DNA of 62,088 nt from Candidatus Omnitrophota bacterium (GTDB lineage: Bacteria > Omnitrophota > Gorgyraeia > 2-01-FULL-45-10): positions 1 through 62,088 of the forward strand of contig JBAZNZ010000011.1 of assembly GCA_041648975.1 (NCBI GenBank). Direction: 5' to 3'. Numbering within the stretch: the first letter of the stretch is position 1; each line of letters starts with the position of its first letter. Of this stretch, positions 39,895 through 47,779 are shown in pieces. A model generated the notes under the pieces. It was not told the DNA's origin and searched no databases. It saw only the letters and a program-made list of their open reading frames with translations. A program made the position numbers and the translations under genes.

Positions 39895-40564
39895 GCTCAC
39901 AATCCGTTTTTTTCGCAACAATATGAAAACTCCAGTATTTATCCTTACTGGGATTATATTCTATTATTTCCATTCCATTTTTTTTCAAAAATTTATTTAC
40001 AACTTCGGCAGTAGGAATCCATTTATGTCCATAACCAACCCACGGACCTCCCCTATTCCACATCTTCATTGATTTATGGGGTAGATATAGAAATAGAATT
40101 CCCTGTTGTTTGATTTTCTTAATCCATAGCTTTAAAGCAGCCTGCCATTTGTCAAGGTGTTCAAGGCAATGTGAACTAAAAACATAATCTAAACTGTTAT
40201 CAGGAAAATTGTCTAATTTGTAAGCATTTTGATGCTCTTCGTTCAATATTGGGATTGCTCCCGGCAATGGCCACGCATCAGCGCCTATGTCAATCCCCTT
40301 GCCAATGCAATATTGTTTTGCTTTATCAACAATAAACGAACTCGCATTTCCTTTATTCAGGTATTCAGGATACAGATCTCCTTTGTACTTATAATACATA
40401 TCTCCGTTTTTATAAATCTGTACTATCTCCCGGCTTCTTAGCGACACGATAAAATAATGCCAGTGTTTATGTAAATAAAGAATAATTAACCAAGGGTTTT
40501 TTATTGCTTTTAAAATTTTCGCTGGCATACTTCTACTCATCAATGAATTATATCCATTTATCAA
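39866..40564 (-). CDS. class I SAM-dependent methyltransferase (Methyltransf_11-like)
   Basis: 232 aa with GIDIGA... and VFSSHCLEHL blocks. Confidence 0.5.
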   Translation of the reverse strand: MINGYNSLMSRSMPAKILKAIKNPWLIILYLHKHWHYFIVSLRSREIVQIYKNGDMYYKYKGDLYPEYLNKGNASSFIVDKAKQYCIGKGIDIGADAWPLPGAIPILNEEHQNAYKLDNFPDNSLDYVFSSHCLEHLDKWQAALKLWIKKIKQQGILFLYLPHKSMKMWNRGGPWVGYGHKWIPTAEVVNKFLKKNGMEIIEYNPSKDKYWSFHIVAKKTDCEHVKQGHNSL

Positions 40565-40660
40565 TATAAAAATAAATAATATGAATGCTTTTTATATAAA
40601 ACGAATTTTATGCCGATAGCTATATCAGCATACCATCTAATTTTGCAAAAGTAAATGAAA

Positions 40661-40703
40661 GTCCTATAAATTGTCCTATAAATTGTCAAGCCAAAATAGA
40701 AAT
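40661..40703 (+). repeat. short tandem duplication (GTCCTATAAATT x2) abutting shared motif GTCAAGCCAAAATAGAAATG, copy 1
   Basis: The motif at 40684-40703 recurs at 42154-42187. A third partial GTCCTAT follows. Confidence 0.8.
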
Positions 40704-40773
40704 GTCCTATTTTGTTGGAAACAGCCCTTTCTCTTTTGGGGTAACCTTTTCTTTTTGTTGATACTGTGTTGGC

Positions 40774-40910
40774 CTTTCGACGAGGGCATACGACAAGATA
40801 TTGAAGGTCACGCGCACAATCGCAGATATTGACGGCAAGGATATCAAGAAGCACGCCACATCTCGGAGGCGACCTCCTACCGCAGCCTGGACAGGAATTT
40901 GTGGGATTAA
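40774..40910 (+). pseudogene. comM: 3'-terminal fragment of a comM/yifB (Mg-chelatase-like ATPase) gene, frameshifted
   Basis: My translation is LSTRAYDKILKVTRTIADIDGKDIKK, then after a -1 frame change HISEATSYRSLDRNLWD*. This matches the conserved ComM/YifB C-terminus (LS.R...R.LKVARTIAD......H..EA..YR..DR). The other ~450 aa of the gene are absent. Confidence 0.7.
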
Positions 40911-41035
40911 TTGCGCAGCAAATTATCCGAAAAAGTAGACTAGCCTTAAGCTTCGTATAATATAAAGACGTTAAATAATAAAGCTATCCACAGCCATATT
41001 TATGCAACAAAATTATACGAAAAAATGTTTCAAAA

Positions 41036-41923
41036 CTACACCTCAACCCATGGAAAATCCTTAACAGTTAGGAATCGTTCTTTTATGCCCCAAAGAACTT
41101 TTGGGTGCTTAAAACATTCCTGTATCGGTATCTCCGGGATCTCTTTTTCCCCGAATGGATAGCGAATAAAAAAAGCATTGTATCCATATTTATTACACCC
41201 AACAAGGCGATAATTTTTTTTCTTTGCTAATTTTACTAAAGCAGGTAAAGACGCTCCGCAAAAATTCGGCATTCCACGGGTTAATGGGTACGTATATGCA
41301 TTAAAATCGTCTTTATATGGAGCTGTTAACGCCTTATCCGGGCCGATTATATCTTGGTACTCAATTACAACAACTCTGGGGTTAATTACACTTATTGCTT
41401 CCCATATCCAGTAATCCATACCGTCCATATCTATTGATAAAAGATCTATTTCTCCCATAAAACCATTTTTCTTGATAATCTCATTGACATTATCCCGGGT
41501 TATCCAAGAATGTACAAAAACAGGAGGATATATCCAGGTATGTATATTTTTCTTGTAAAATTCTTGCCCTTCTTTGACTAGAGTCTCGTTACCGTCTACT
41601 AGCAGCCCATGCCATCCATGATTAATAATTAGATTTGCAGTATTGCATTCAATCCCATCTCCAGCACAAATCTCGACTGACTTTTTAATAGCCGCTCCAA
41701 TTATTGAGAAAATATATAGCAGAATACCATCTTCATCTGTCTGAGAAAAAACTTTAAATCCAACCTCATCTATACCTGGGAGGCGATTTTTTGACTCGGC
41801 AAATAATTTATAAGCCAACTTTAATTGCAGCTGACAAACCGCGGAGGAGTAATTCTCTTGTTTAAGAAGAGGGGAAACTAAAAAGCCCCTAGCTTTACAT
41901 GCTATCTTTTTTAATAAATTCAT
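41036..41923 (-). CDS. FkbM-like methyltransferase family protein
   Basis: 295 aa. SQTDEDGILLYIF...VEICAGDGIECNT..L....GW.GLLVDG and DLLSIDMDGMDYWIW fit the FkbM-type pattern (recall). Confidence 0.5.
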   Translation of the reverse strand: MNLLKKIACKARGFLVSPLLKQENYSSAVCQLQLKLAYKLFAESKNRLPGIDEVGFKVFSQTDEDGILLYIFSIIGAAIKKSVEICAGDGIECNTANLIINHGWHGLLVDGNETLVKEGQEFYKKNIHTWIYPPVFVHSWITRDNVNEIIKKNGFMGEIDLLSIDMDGMDYWIWEAISVINPRVVVIEYQDIIGPDKALTAPYKDDFNAYTYPLTRGMPNFCGASLPALVKLAKKKNYRLVGCNKYGYNAFFIRYPFGEKEIPEIPIQECFKHPKVLWGIKERFLTVKDFPWVEV

Positions 41924-42132
41924 ATTTTTTCTTTCTTTATTCTATCTATGTAGTTACAAAAATCTAGGATTGTTATATTTTTTTGCTATATTGATTTTAT
42001 TCAAAATGCACTATTTTTATAAAAACTCCCTCGCCTTCCCTAACCATAGTAACTAGCTACTTACCGTAAAACATGATTATATACATATATGAGCTATATT
42101 TTATCACAAGTATATGATTATAGAAATAAATT

Positions 42133-42187
42133 TCTGATATGTGTCTGATATGTGTCAAGCCAAAATAGAAAAGCCAAAATAGAAATG
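42133..42187 (+). repeat. short tandem duplication (TCTGATATGTG x2) abutting GTCAAGCCAAAATAGAAA plus a second AGCCAAAATAGAAA unit, copy 2
   Basis: Sequence 42154-42187 is GTCAAGCCAAAATAGAAAAGCCAAAATAGAAATG. It lies directly upstream of the -35 box at 42190. Confidence 0.8.
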
Positions 42188-42189
42188 AT

Positions 42190-42218
42190 TTGACCTCGAA
42201 ATGATCAAAGGGTATAAT
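42190..42218 (+). promoter_or_regulatory. sigma70-like promoter for the ABC exporter gene
   Basis: TTGACC (42190-42195), a 17-nt spacer, then TATAAT (42213-42218). Confidence 0.6.
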
Positions 42219-42256
42219 ATGGACTTATAGCCCTGAAGAAGAAAGCATGAAATATC

Positions 42257-44092
42257 TTGCGATTTCAACGACCAAACATTAAAATACTGTCCAGCCTACT
42301 CGCAGCATGGGACTTACTCCAGAAAACCGGCGTAAGTGTCTATTATCTTATAATCTCATCAATCCTCGCGATAGTTTCCAGCATTTTTGAAGGCATCAGC
42401 GCGATCACTCTTATACCATTATTAAACGGGGTAATACATGTAGATTTTAGTTTCACTAAAGAAAATAAAGCATTTTCTTATCTTATTTATATATTTTCCG
42501 GCAATCTCAACCTTTCCAATACCGCTATATTCATAATCCTTTTAGTAATCGTTTTCCTATCGGCTGTGTTAAAAAATATTTTCCAATATCTCTCCGCTTT
42601 GAGTTTTTCATATTTTTCGTGGCAGTCAATTAATAAGTTACGTACGTCTATTTTTGACCGCTATCTCTCATTCGGAAAATTATTTTATGACCGATCAAGC
42701 GCGGGATACCTCCAAACTGTTATGCTGGATTATACAAACCAAATTTCCCAGAGGATGCTGCAAGCAAACGTAGCGTTGACTCAAATATTTCTGCTTGTCA
42801 TATACTCTATTTTAATGATTTTCATATCATGGAAACTTACGTTAGTTATAATTATTATCTCCCCATTTTTTTACTTTGGCTCGCAATGGCTTATTGTAAA
42901 GATCAAGAAAAACTCCAACGCTTATACCGAATTTTACGCAGCTATGAGCCGCAAGCTGCAAAATGTTCTTTCCTGCATTCCGTTGGTTAAAGTCTATAAC
43001 AACGAAGATGGAGAAAATAGGGATTTCATTCGCATAAATAATATTACTACAAAACTCGAGTTCGGCCTCGACAAGAAGTATTACCTGATCTTCCCCTTGC
43101 AGGAAGTAATCATGCTCTTTGTCATACTCCTTTTGGTATCCGCGATAGCTTTTATGGCGGCGAGGGGAAAACGCGACCTGGGTGAATTCCTTGTGTATTT
43201 CTATGTTTTAAAAAAATCCGTAACTGCAATAGGAGGGTTAAATACTTTCAGGGGATATATTTCAACGATAGACGGCCCTATTTCCGATATAATGAAAATG
43301 TTTGACAATAAAGATAAGTTCTTCGTATCAGACGGCTCGGAAGAATTTACCGGGCTTAAAGAAACTATCAGATTTAACCATTTGAAATTCTCTTATTTTG
43401 GTAACGAGAAAATGGTCCTGGAAAATATTAATTTTTCTATTAAGAATGGCTCTCTCACGGCGATAGTAGGTGAGACAGGAGCCGGCAAGACGACCCTGAT
43501 AAACCTCCTTTTACGATTTTATGATTGTCCCCCATCGACTATTCTCATTGACAATGTAGACATTAGAAAATTTAGCACGAAATCTCTCATGTCCCATATG
43601 GCGCTAGTATCGCAGGAAGGATTGATATTCAACGATACTATACGGAACAACATAGTATACGGCTTGAAGGAGAAGGTGTCCGATAAAGACTTGAACGAGG
43701 CTATCGCGAAAGCTCGCCTAAGCAATTTTATCAACAGCCTCCCCGCCGGCCTGGATACGGTTATAGGTGACCGTGGCGTGAGGCTTTCAGGCGGCGAAAA
43801 ACAGCGCCTCGCGATCGCAAGAATGCTTCTTAAGCCCGCGGACATAATCATCCTTGATGAAGCAACTAATGCACTGGATACGCAGACTGAAAAATTGATC
43901 GAGGAATCAATTTCAGAGTTGATAAAAAGTAGAACGGCGATCGTGATCGCCCATAGACTGTCCACCATAAAAAATGCCGACAAAATCGTAGTTATACAAA
44001 ATAAAATATTGGCAGAAGAAGGCACATTGTCAGAATTGTTGGAAAGGAAAGGCGCGTTTTACCAATATTGGCAAGCACAAAAATTTTATTGA
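42257..44092 (+). CDS. ABC exporter, fused TMD-NBD (MsbA/PglK-like lipid or lipid-linked-glycan flippase)
   Basis: 611 aa with a 6-TM domain followed by GETGAGKTT, LSGGEKQR and IIILDEAT. The only in-frame start near the 5' end is the TTG at 42257. Confidence 0.85.
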   Translation: MRFQRPNIKILSSLLAAWDLLQKTGVSVYYLIISSILAIVSSIFEGISAITLIPLLNGVIHVDFSFTKENKAFSYLIYIFSGNLNLSNTAIFIILLVIVFLSAVLKNIFQYLSALSFSYFSWQSINKLRTSIFDRYLSFGKLFYDRSSAGYLQTVMLDYTNQISQRMLQANVALTQIFLLVIYSILMIFISWKLTLVIIIISPFFYFGSQWLIVKIKKNSNAYTEFYAAMSRKLQNVLSCIPLVKVYNNEDGENRDFIRINNITTKLEFGLDKKYYLIFPLQEVIMLFVILLLVSAIAFMAARGKRDLGEFLVYFYVLKKSVTAIGGLNTFRGYISTIDGPISDIMKMFDNKDKFFVSDGSEEFTGLKETIRFNHLKFSYFGNEKMVLENINFSIKNGSLTAIVGETGAGKTTLINLLLRFYDCPPSTILIDNVDIRKFSTKSLMSHMALVSQEGLIFNDTIRNNIVYGLKEKVSDKDLNEAIAKARLSNFINSLPAGLDTVIGDRGVRLSGGEKQRLAIARMLLKPADIIILDEATNALDTQTEKLIEESISELIKSRTAIVIAHRLSTIKNADKIVVIQNKILAEEGTLSELLERKGAFYQYWQAQKFY

Positions 44093-44344
44093 GCGTATGA
44101 TACGAAAATCTTAGTAAGACCGGAAAGATAATCGCAGATTATCGGATCGATTATAACAATAAAAGATAGGGCACGATACTTTAAACCAATGAATAGGTAA
44201 TATAAGACGTGGAAGATTGGCTTATACAAAAACAGAAAGACGCTATAAATAAAAAATTTGCCGATAATAAATCAATAGCGTTCGAAAGTAATTATTGCCA
44301 TGACTATTTTCGAAAAATTCCATTATCGGCAGGAATAACATAAT

Positions 44345-45133
44345 ATGAAACCGCAGGATTTAACGGATTTTAAGGTGCTGGGTGTGCGTATAAATGCCGT
44401 CCAGATCCCGGATGTTATTGCCAGGATAGAAGATTGGATCAAGGAAAAGGCCGGATGCCATTTTATAGCTGTCACCAGCATGCACGGCATAGTAGAAGCC
44501 CAGCGTAATCCGGGCTTTAAACAAATTTTAAATTCAGCAGATATGGTCGTCCCTGACGGCGCGCCGCTCGTGTGGCTCGGCCGTATGAACGGGAAAGCGT
44601 TAAAACGTCGTGTTTATGGTTCAAAGCTAATGGATGCCTTCTGCCGGCAGACCGGAAAAAAATATAAACATTTCTTATACGGCGGAGCGCCGGGCACGCC
44701 TGAACTCCTGGCGAAGGTCCTGGGTAAAAATTATGGATCAAATATTGTAGGAACTTTCTCTCCCCCATTCCGGGCTCTTACGCCCGAAGAAGACTCCAAA
44801 ATAATGGCCTTTATCAACAAAGCTCAACCTGACATAATATGGGTCGGATTGAGTACGCCTATACAAGAAGGATGGATGTACTCGCATAGAAATAAATTGA
44901 ATGCTCCCGTAATGATTGGTGTAGGAGCGGCGTTCGATTTTCTGGCAGGGTTAAAGGCTCAAGCCCCCCGGTGGATGCGGGAACATGGTTTGGAATGGTT
45001 CTTCAGGCTTATCACAGAACCTGCGCGGCTCTGGCGCCGCTATTTGATCGGCGGTTCAAAATTTATCTACTATCTTATAATTGAACGACTGGGAATAAAA
45101 AATCCGAAAGGAGTCGGAAATGATAAAGAATAA
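44345..45133 (+). CDS. WecB/TagA/CpsF-family (GT26) glycosyltransferase
   Basis: 262 aa with PDGAPLVW, GGAPG and [11 protein letters not shown]....AP.WM...GLEWFFRL..EP.RLW.RY. Confidence 0.85.
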   Translation: MKPQDLTDFKVLGVRINAVQIPDVIARIEDWIKEKAGCHFIAVTSMHGIVEAQRNPGFKQILNSADMVVPDGAPLVWLGRMNGKALKRRVYGSKLMDAFCRQTGKKYKHFLYGGAPGTPELLAKVLGKNYGSNIVGTFSPPFRALTPEEDSKIMAFINKAQPDIIWVGLSTPIQEGWMYSHRNKLNAPVMIGVGAAFDFLAGLKAQAPRWMREHGLEWFFRLITEPARLWRRYLIGGSKFIYYLIIERLGIKNPKGVGNDKE

Positions 45134-46109
45134 AAAAATTCTGGTAACCGGGGCGGGCGGGTTCGTGGCGTCTCATCTGGCGCGGGAATTGTATGCTCAA
45201 GGTAATTTTGTAAGAGTAGCGGATATAAAATGGGACGGATATATAGATGAGCCTTACTATTCCGAAAAATTAACGCTTGATCTGAGAGATTCTAAAAATT
45301 GCCTGACAGCGACAAAAGGGATGGATTATGTTTTCAACCTGGCGGCAAATATGGGCGGCATAGGTTTCATTACCGAGGTTTGCGCGGATATCGTATATGA
45401 CAATACGCTTATAAACGCGAATATGGCAAAGAGCTGCGTCGAAAATAAAATAAACCGTGTCTTCTTTTCCTCATCCGCATGCATATACCCTACATTTAAA
45501 CAGGAAACGCCCGATGTCAAACCGCTCAAGGAAGAGGACGCGTACCCTGCGGATCCGGACAGTTTTTACGGCTGGGAGAAACTTTATGCGGAAAAGATAT
45601 TCCAGGCATTTAAGCGGGATTATAAGCTTGATATACGCATAGCGCGGTTTCATAATATTTACGGCCCTGAGGGAACTTACGAAGGCGGCAGGGAAAAATC
45701 TCCCGCTGCCCTGTGTAAAAAAGTGGCGGATGCAAACAACCCAGGCGAAATAGAGATCTGGGGGGACGGCGACCAGACGCGCTCCTATTGCTATATCGAT
45801 GACTGCGTTAAGGGATGCATCCTGCTTATGGAATCGGATCATATCGAGCCTTTGAATATAGGATCAGACAGGCTGATCTCCATTAATAAATTGGCGGATA
45901 TGATCATAGCGATATCAGGTAAAAAGATAAGCAAAAAACATAATCTTTCCGCTCCGCAAGGCGTGAGAGGAAGGAACAGCGACAATACCAGATTGCGCCA
46001 GATCCTCGGGTGGGAACCGCAGATCACTTATGAAAAGGGTTTGGTAATAACATATAATTGGATAAAAAACCGGACTTCGAAAAAAGAAGCTGTTAAATCT
46101 AAGAACTAA
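45120..46109 (+). CDS. NAD-dependent sugar-nucleotide epimerase, GDP-mannose 3,5-epimerase (GME)-like
   Basis: 329 aa. GAGGFVASH, FNLAANMGGIGFI, SSACIYP, YGWEKL (YxxxK), RFHNIYGP.GT..GGREK.PAA and GVRGRNSDN run collinear with plant GME as I recall it. Confidence 0.65.
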   Translation: MIKNKKILVTGAGGFVASHLARELYAQGNFVRVADIKWDGYIDEPYYSEKLTLDLRDSKNCLTATKGMDYVFNLAANMGGIGFITEVCADIVYDNTLINANMAKSCVENKINRVFFSSSACIYPTFKQETPDVKPLKEEDAYPADPDSFYGWEKLYAEKIFQAFKRDYKLDIRIARFHNIYGPEGTYEGGREKSPAALCKKVADANNPGEIEIWGDGDQTRSYCYIDDCVKGCILLMESDHIEPLNIGSDRLISINKLADMIIAISGKKISKKHNLSAPQGVRGRNSDNTRLRQILGWEPQITYEKGLVITYNWIKNRTSKKEAVKSKN

Positions 46110-46113
46110 GCCC

Positions 46114-47538
46114 ATGTATACATCTCAAAGAAAAGTATTAACGTCGCTAAACATCCTCCTGGATAGCGCCATAGCGACATTATCCTGGTTCGCCGCGTTT
46201 ATCTTAAAGGGCGCTATCGAGAAGGCCGGCCTCTACGACTTCAAAGGATTGACCGGCCATCAAAACTGGTCGGCGCTGATCCTGCTGTCAATTCCCCTTT
46301 TCCCTATCCTTCTCCGGCTGAATAAGCTATACCCCACAAACAGGCTGAGGCCGTTTTCGAAAGTCTGTATGGACGCGATAAAATCAACTGTAGAGCTGGT
46401 GATCATATTCGTCGCCTTTTCATTTTTCAGCAACGAATATCAATACAACCGTTCACTCATAGTATTGTACGGCGCCATACTTCCCGCCTTTTTCTGCCTG
46501 AAAGAATATTGGGCGAAGAAGATCTATCTGAAATATGGCAATGTTAAATCAGCCATTCTCATCGGAAAGGTCCACGACGTAGATCGCATCCTGGAAGAAT
46601 TAAAGAACGAGGATCTGGGATTAAAGATCGAAGGAGTAATATACTTTAGTCATGGTGAAGCCGCTGAAAAAGAGCGTAAAGATAAAATTCCTGTGTTCGA
46701 AGAAGGCGTGAAAAATCTCGGCGATATACTCGAAAGGCTCAATATCGAACTTGTCATAACGGCCTCATATGAAGGGTTTGAGTCCGATGTGAGAAACATC
46801 CTGTTCCTGTGCGGCGAGAGAGGTGTAGAGGGCTGGATAAAACTTGCCCTGTTCGGCTTGCGTAGCGCCCGGCTCGACAGCGGGCGTATCGGCAATTCAC
46901 ACCTGCTGGTATTCAGCACAACTCCGCCCTACGACTGGCCGATATTCATCAAGACTCTCTTCGATTTTACCGTGGCGCTTATCTTCTTCCCCGTTTTCTG
47001 TTTTTTATACCTGCTGATAGGCATAGGTATAAAATTAAGCTCCCCCGGCCCCGTCCTTTTTAAACAAAAACGCGGCGGCCTGTACGGAAAACCGTTTATA
47101 TTTTACAAGTTCAGGACCATGTATAATAACGCCGAGCAGAGACGTGAAGAGCTGCAAAAATTTAACATCATGAAAGGACCTGTCTTCAAGGTAAAAGACG
47201 ATCCCCGCGTATTCCCATTCGGAAAATTTTTAAGGAGGACCAGTCTGGATGAGATCGCGCAAATAATAAATGTGCTAAAAGGCGAGATGAGTATAGTCGG
47301 CCCCAGGCCACTTCCTATGGTCGAGGTGAGCCAGATAAAGGGGTGGCAGAGGAGAAGGTTCAGCATGAAACCCGGCGTCACATGCCTCTGGCAGATCTGC
47401 GGAAGAAATAAGGTCTGCGATTTTACGGATTGGGCAAAGCTCGACCTGGAATATATTGACCATTGGTCCCTGCATCTTGACTTCTCGATATTCTTGAAGA
47501 CTATTCCGGCAGTCTTAACGCGAAAAGGCGCCGAATAA
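46114..47538 (+). CDS. polyprenyl-phosphate hexose-1-phosphate transferase (WbaP/EpsB-type priming sugar transferase)
   Basis: 474 aa with N-terminal TMs, then YKFRTM, SLDEIAQIINVLKGEMSIVGPRP and WSL..D. Confidence 0.88.
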   Translation: MYTSQRKVLTSLNILLDSAIATLSWFAAFILKGAIEKAGLYDFKGLTGHQNWSALILLSIPLFPILLRLNKLYPTNRLRPFSKVCMDAIKSTVELVIIFVAFSFFSNEYQYNRSLIVLYGAILPAFFCLKEYWAKKIYLKYGNVKSAILIGKVHDVDRILEELKNEDLGLKIEGVIYFSHGEAAEKERKDKIPVFEEGVKNLGDILERLNIELVITASYEGFESDVRNILFLCGERGVEGWIKLALFGLRSARLDSGRIGNSHLLVFSTTPPYDWPIFIKTLFDFTVALIFFPVFCFLYLLIGIGIKLSSPGPVLFKQKRGGLYGKPFIFYKFRTMYNNAEQRREELQKFNIMKGPVFKVKDDPRVFPFGKFLRRTSLDEIAQIINVLKGEMSIVGPRPLPMVEVSQIKGWQRRRFSMKPGVTCLWQICGRNKVCDFTDWAKLDLEYIDHWSLHLDFSIFLKTIPAVLTRKGAE

Positions 47539-47582
47539 TAAATAGAATGGTATAAAAATAACCGCAAAATAGGAGGGAGACA

Positions 47583-47777
47583 ATGGTAAAAACAGCCCGG
47601 GCATTGATTTTTTTAGGATTGGTCGGTTTAGTCGCGGGGGTATTATTACGGGTTACTATAGGCACCGAGATGATCAATCTGGGCATCACACAAATGAAGA
47701 CGATAAGCGTCCTCGTATTTTCAAATTCTCTTATTCTCGCGGGGTTGGGGCTCAGTAAGCTGACGACCGGCTTATAA
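47583..47777 (+). CDS. small two-TM membrane protein, hypothetical
   Basis: 64 aa with SD GGAGGGAG upstream of the ATG. Confidence 0.4.
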   Translation: MVKTARALIFLGLVGLVAGVLLRVTIGTEMINLGITQMKTISVLVFSNSLILAGLGLSKLTTGL

Positions 47778-47779
47778 TA

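Noticed and set aside
40561-40854. Track ORF of 97 aa on the minus strand.
   Set aside because: It is antisense to the comM fragment and runs through AT-rich spacer and the tandem repeats. It has no motif and an odd composition.
44125-44172. Possible IS3-type transposase C-terminal remnant (…GKIIADYRIDYNNKR*).
   Set aside because: Only about 16 codons are bounded by stops, and the resemblance to the ...YYN..RPH motif is too short to support a call.
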